Below are positions 36,683-40,000 of a stretch of DNA of 40,000 bases, piece after piece; position 1 is the stretch's first letter, and every line of letters starts with the position of its first letter. A program made the position numbers and the translations under genes. The DNA is from Faecalibacterium sp. Lineage in GTDB: Bacteria; Bacillota; Clostridia; Oscillospirales; Ruminococcaceae. The stretch covers positions 20,952 to 60,951 of the forward strand of contig JALCRP010000012.1 in assembly GCA_022652735.1 (NCBI GenBank), in the 5' to 3' direction. The notes below the pieces were generated by a model that was given only the letters and a program-made list of their open reading frames with translations, had not been told where the DNA came from and searched no databases.

Positions 36683-36748
36683 TAAAATAAGATCGTTTCC
36701 CCGCCTGCTTTGCAGACGGGGAATTTTTCTAATCGAAAGGAGCCTCTC

Positions 36749-37078
36749 ATGGCAAAGCTGTATACCCTTGACAATAAACTTTTGGCGGAAAAACCGGCCA
36801 TCCAGATCGGCGAAAAGTTCTATGCGGTCGACAACCGCAAGAGTACCGTGGAAAAGGTCATGGAGCTGACTAGCGAGAAGACCTCGCAGGAAATTTCCAA
36901 GAATATCGACGCGGTATTCGATCTGGCATTCGGGAAAGAAGCCGCAGAGATCAAGAAGATGGATATGCCGTATCCTGCTTTTACGCAGCTAACCGAGCTG
37001 ATTATTGCGGCCATGACCGGCGAAGAGCCGGAAGCTGTGGATAAGCGATTTCAGGACGCCAAAAAGTCCGCAACCTGA
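36749..37078 (+). CDS. Tail assembly chaperone (gpG analogue)
   Basis: 109 aa acidic protein immediately before the tape measure. An AGGAG SD is present. Confidence 0.65.
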   Translation: MAKLYTLDNKLLAEKPAIQIGEKFYAVDNRKSTVEKVMELTSEKTSQEISKNIDAVFDLAFGKEAAEIKKMDMPYPAFTQLTELIIAAMTGEEPEAVDKRFQDAKKSAT

Positions 37079-37106
37079 AGCGAATTACGATGCAAAGTTT
37101 GATGCG

Positions 37107-37421
37107 GTGCTGATCGAGCAGAGCATTGCCAAACAGTATGGTATTCTACCGACGGCGCAGAGCGATCTACCATACTCGGAATGGGCAGAGTTGGTTGGCG
37201 GCCTGATGGATGATACGCCGCTGGGGCGCGTCGTGCAAGTGCGCGACGAGGATGACCCGGACGTTATCAAACGATTTGGCCCTTGGGAACTACGCATCCG
37301 TGCGGAGTGGCAGGACTTTAAAGCAAAGAAAATCATGAGAGAAACGTCCCCGGAAGATCTGCGTAAGCAAATGGCCGGATTGGAACAAATGCTTGCGTGC
37401 GTGTTTGGAGGTGGTAAGTAA
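37107..37421 (+). CDS. Gp15-like tail chaperone extension (gpT analogue); likely expressed as a G-T fusion or by coupling
   Basis: ...WAELVGGLMDDTPLGRVVQVRDEDDPDVIKRFGPWELRIRAEW resembles Gp15-family phage proteins. This frame is open from 37017. The GTG at 37107 has no SD. The frame is +1 relative to the upstream chaperone. Confidence 0.6.
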   Translation: MLIEQSIAKQYGILPTAQSDLPYSEWAELVGGLMDDTPLGRVVQVRDEDDPDVIKRFGPWELRIRAEWQDFKAKKIMRETSPEDLRKQMAGLEQMLACVFGGGK

Positions 37422-40000
37422 TGCCGGAAGGGACTGGTGTTGGTTCGATATACGTTGACTTTGTTGTTAAAAACACGGTCAGCCAGCAGGTACAGAATCT
37501 ATCGAATCAGGCCGCCGCAAAGGCGCAGCAGAGCTTCTCCAGCGTGGGGCAGGCAGCGGGGAACGCTTTCGGGAATGCGTTTCAGAGAGCGGCAAAATCG
37601 CAAAATGCGGCAATTAGCAGCGCGTTCAGCGCACCGCTGGAAAATGCGAAACGGAATCTTGCACAGGTAAGTTCTGCTTTTGAGGCCAACGCTGCAAAAC
37701 TCGATGCGATGTGGAACGCGAAAAACACACGGCCGTCTTATGCGGTGGCTCCTGCAGGGGAAGATAAAGCCTTCGCACGGCTGGAAGCCGAAAACGAGAG
37801 GCTGTGCCAGAAAATGCAATCCGCACGTGACCGCGTTGCGGTTGCGGCGCAAGCGGCATCGAGCCGGCAGGCGGCGGCCGAAGAAAAGGCACAGGCACGT
37901 GCGGCCGCAGCGGCAGAAAAAGCTGCGGCCAAAGAAGAGGCCGCTGCCGAAAAGGCACAATCCAGTATGGCAAAGCGGATTGGCTCCGCTTTTTCCGGGA
38001 TGGCGCAAAAGTCAAAAGCCTCTTTCGCCGCGGTGGGAGCATCCATGACACGGGCACTGGGCGCTTCGCTTTCCAACCATCTACGAAATGCCGCCTCTGG
38101 GTTTACGCGGCTCTTCCACACGGTCGGCCGGGCAATGCGGCGCGTCTTTGTTCTGGCTACGGTGCTTGCTTTCTTCAAGGGCCTGAAAACTGCAATGACT
38201 GCGGCGGCAGCGCAGAACCAACAGTTCGCGAACAGTTTGGCACAAGTAAAAGGGAATCTGTACAACTCTTTTGCGTCTATCTTCACGGCGATTCTTCCCG
38301 CGCTAAACGCCATGATGTCGGCGCTGGCCGCGCTGACAAACAAAATCGCATCGTTCCTTTCGGTACTGTTCGGCGTGGCGTACACAAAAAGTGCCGCGGC
38401 CGGAAAGAAAATTTCCAGTGTGGGCGCAAGCGCGTCGGCAGCGAGTAAAAAAGTTCAGGGCGCATTGGCCAGTTTTGACGAGCTGAACGTGCTGCAAAAG
38501 AACGATGACGCTTCCGGCGGGGCAGACAGCGGAACGGTGACGCCCGACTTTTCTGCCGCGGCCGATAAAGGGGCCTCCAACTTCGCCGAGATGCTGAAGG
38601 CAGCAATCGCGGCCGGCGACCTTACCGAAATCGGGCAGCTGGTTGCCGACAAGATTAACGAGGCGTTGGCCAGCATTCCGTGGGGTCGTGTGCAGGCCAA
38701 GGTGCAAGGCTGTGCAAAGCTTATTTATACCTTCCTGAATGGAGCCGTGGGTGAACTGGACTGGCCGCTGCTCGGCTTCTCTCTGGGAATGGGTCTTAAT
38801 ACTGCGCTCGGATTCTTTGACACCATTGCGCAAAAGTTTCATTGGGGGACACTGGGGCAGGGGATTGGAAACGGCGCCAACGCGGCCTTCGCTACGATCG
38901 ACTGGGAATTGGTCGGGCGCACACTTACCAATGGCATTATGGGAGCACTGCTCACGCTCCACGGATTCTTGCAGACCTTTGACTGGGTGTCTTTCGGTAC
39001 GGATGTCGGAACAATGCTGTGTGCGGCGCTCGGCAATATTGACTGGACGCAGGCGGCAGCGGACTTCGGAAACTTGGCAATCGGAATTCTTGAAGCGATT
39101 TCCGCGGCACTTCAACAGGTGGATTGGAGCGTAGTGGGTGCGACGATTTGCTCCATGCTGGCTGCGGTGGACTGGATCGGAATATTGGAAAGCGTCGGGC
39201 AGGTGCTGATTGATGCATGGCCTATTACGCTAGGTGCTTGCCTGCTTTCACTGGCTCCATTGCTGATTACTGGATTGCTGGGTCTCCTCGATACAGCGTT
39301 GGCTGCCGTTGTTGCCGCCATTGGTTTATGGCCGGTTCTTCTCGTGGCCGCCGTTGTAGCTGTTCTCGCCGTAATTGCGGTCGAAATCTATAAAAACTGG
39401 GATGCGATAAAGGCAAAGTGGAACGAAATGATAGCCGGCATTAAAAAAGGCTGGGATTCCTTCGTTGCCGCGTGGGAAGAAAGCTGGAAATCTCTGGGGA
39501 ATTGTATTAAAGGCATCATTAACGGGATCCTCAGTTTCATCAATGATGGGCTTCTCGGAGGTCTGGAAACTATGGTAAATGGTGCTATTCGCGCGATTAA
39601 CCATCTTTTGACCGCTGCTTCCAAAATTCCCATGATCGGTTCGATGCTGTCTGGCGTACAGATGGGAACTGTAAGTTTGCCGCGGATTCCCTATCTGGCC
39701 AACGGCGGCGTGATCCAGCAGCCCACGCTGGCAATGGTAGGCGAATACTCCGGGGCACGGTCAAACCCAGAGATCGTAACGCCGGAAAGCAAAATGTCTG
39801 ATGTGTTCTCGGCGCAGATTGCTCCGTTGGTGGAAGCTATTCAATCTCTCATTGAGTATCTTTCCTCCGGGCAAGGAAATCAAGAAATCGTAATCCGATT
39901 CGAGGGAACATTGGCAGAGCTTATCCGAATCCTGAAGCCGGAGTTGGATAAGGAAACATCTCGCCGGGGCACAAGGATTCTTACAGGAGGCGGATTCTGA
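37421..40000 (+). CDS. Tail tape measure protein
   Basis: 859 aa. It has an N-terminal Ala/Glu/Lys coiled coil (AAAEEKAQARAAAAAEKAAAKEEAAAEKAQ), a hydrophobic Gly/Ala/Leu core and six spaced xDW motifs. A GGAGGTGG SD is present and the start overlaps the upstream stop (TAATG). The stop codon is the last triplet of the window. Confidence 0.9.
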   Translation: MPEGTGVGSIYVDFVVKNTVSQQVQNLSNQAAAKAQQSFSSVGQAAGNAFGNAFQRAAKSQNAAISSAFSAPLENAKRNLAQVSSAFEANAAKLDAMWNAKNTRPSYAVAPAGEDKAFARLEAENERLCQKMQSARDRVAVAAQAASSRQAAAEEKAQARAAAAAEKAAAKEEAAAEKAQSSMAKRIGSAFSGMAQKSKASFAAVGASMTRALGASLSNHLRNAASGFTRLFHTVGRAMRRVFVLATVLAFFKGLKTAMTAAAAQNQQFANSLAQVKGNLYNSFASIFTAILPALNAMMSALAALTNKIASFLSVLFGVAYTKSAAAGKKISSVGASASAASKKVQGALASFDELNVLQKNDDASGGADSGTVTPDFSAAADKGASNFAEMLKAAIAAGDLTEIGQLVADKINEALASIPWGRVQAKVQGCAKLIYTFLNGAVGELDWPLLGFSLGMGLNTALGFFDTIAQKFHWGTLGQGIGNGANAAFATIDWELVGRTLTNGIMGALLTLHGFLQTFDWVSFGTDVGTMLCAALGNIDWTQAAADFGNLAIGILEAISAALQQVDWSVVGATICSMLAAVDWIGILESVGQVLIDAWPITLGACLLSLAPLLITGLLGLLDTALAAVVAAIGLWPVLLVAAVVAVLAVIAVEIYKNWDAIKAKWNEMIAGIKKGWDSFVAAWEESWKSLGNCIKGIINGILSFINDGLLGGLETMVNGAIRAINHLLTAASKIPMIGSMLSGVQMGTVSLPRIPYLANGGVIQQPTLAMVGEYSGARSNPEIVTPESKMSDVFSAQIAPLVEAIQSLIEYLSSGQGNQEIVIRFEGTLAELIRILKPELDKETSRRGTRILTGGGF

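Larger units (their letters stand above)
32014..40000. mobile_element. Prophage remnant integrated at the tRNA-Gly 3' end (integrase plus head-completion/tail module; right end beyond the window)
   Basis: The layout is tRNA, then int with its 3' end toward the tRNA, then siphovirus structural genes. The segment 32.0-33.6 kb is visibly more AT-rich. No terminase, portal, repressor or replication genes are present. Confidence 0.8.

Noticed and set aside
32014-40000. attR copy (a second copy of the tRNA 3' end) inside the window.
   Set aside because: I found no second occurrence of GGTTCGACTCCCATCACTTGCTCCA or a substantial part of it by eye. The right end of the element must lie beyond 40000, and this needs a computational repeat search.

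Overview
This is a high-GC Gram-positive chromosomal window. Gene content and GGAGG-type Shine-Dalgarno sites look Clostridia-like, but the taxon cannot be determined from the sequence alone.

Positions 1 to 31.9 kb are dense core DNA:
- a pgk-tpiA-gpmI glycolytic cluster, an NCS2 purine-type permease, an NfeD/SPFH pair and glycogen phosphorylase;
- a plus-strand division and morphogenesis block: zapA, a U32/RlhA-like protein, dut, a DUF4321-like protein, maf, mreBCD, PBP2, a lone MinD-like ATPase and mgsA;
- aspS, a four-gene ECF sigma / anti-sigma / membrane-protein operon, corA, two SDR genes, degV, a CPBP protease, tadA, rpoD and an AI-2E-family transporter.

At 31.94 kb a tRNA-Gly(UCC) is followed by a tyrosine integrase. 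After that comes a siphovirus-type head-completion and tail module, running from a capsid-like protein to an 859-aa tape measure whose stop codon is the last triplet of the window. The lysogeny, replication, terminase, portal and protease modules expected between integrase and capsid are absent, and the junction is abrupt.

I do not see a convincing novel multi-gene system. The most checkable oddities are:
- the decapitated prophage and its junction;
- an orphan promoter-to-terminator unit next to int (candidate sRNA of about 80 nt);
- tandem repeats on the att side;
- a tail-chaperone pair that needs a +1 frame change;
- a repeat-bearing structured leader before the ECF operon;
- absence of minC, minE and rodA from the mre-min-mgsA cluster;
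- a perfect cre palindrome;
- an SDR with a 120-aa low-complexity N-terminal extension.

Many long ORFs in the track are antisense shadows of real genes in GC-rich DNA and were not called. All functional calls rest on motif recognition by eye, not on database searches.
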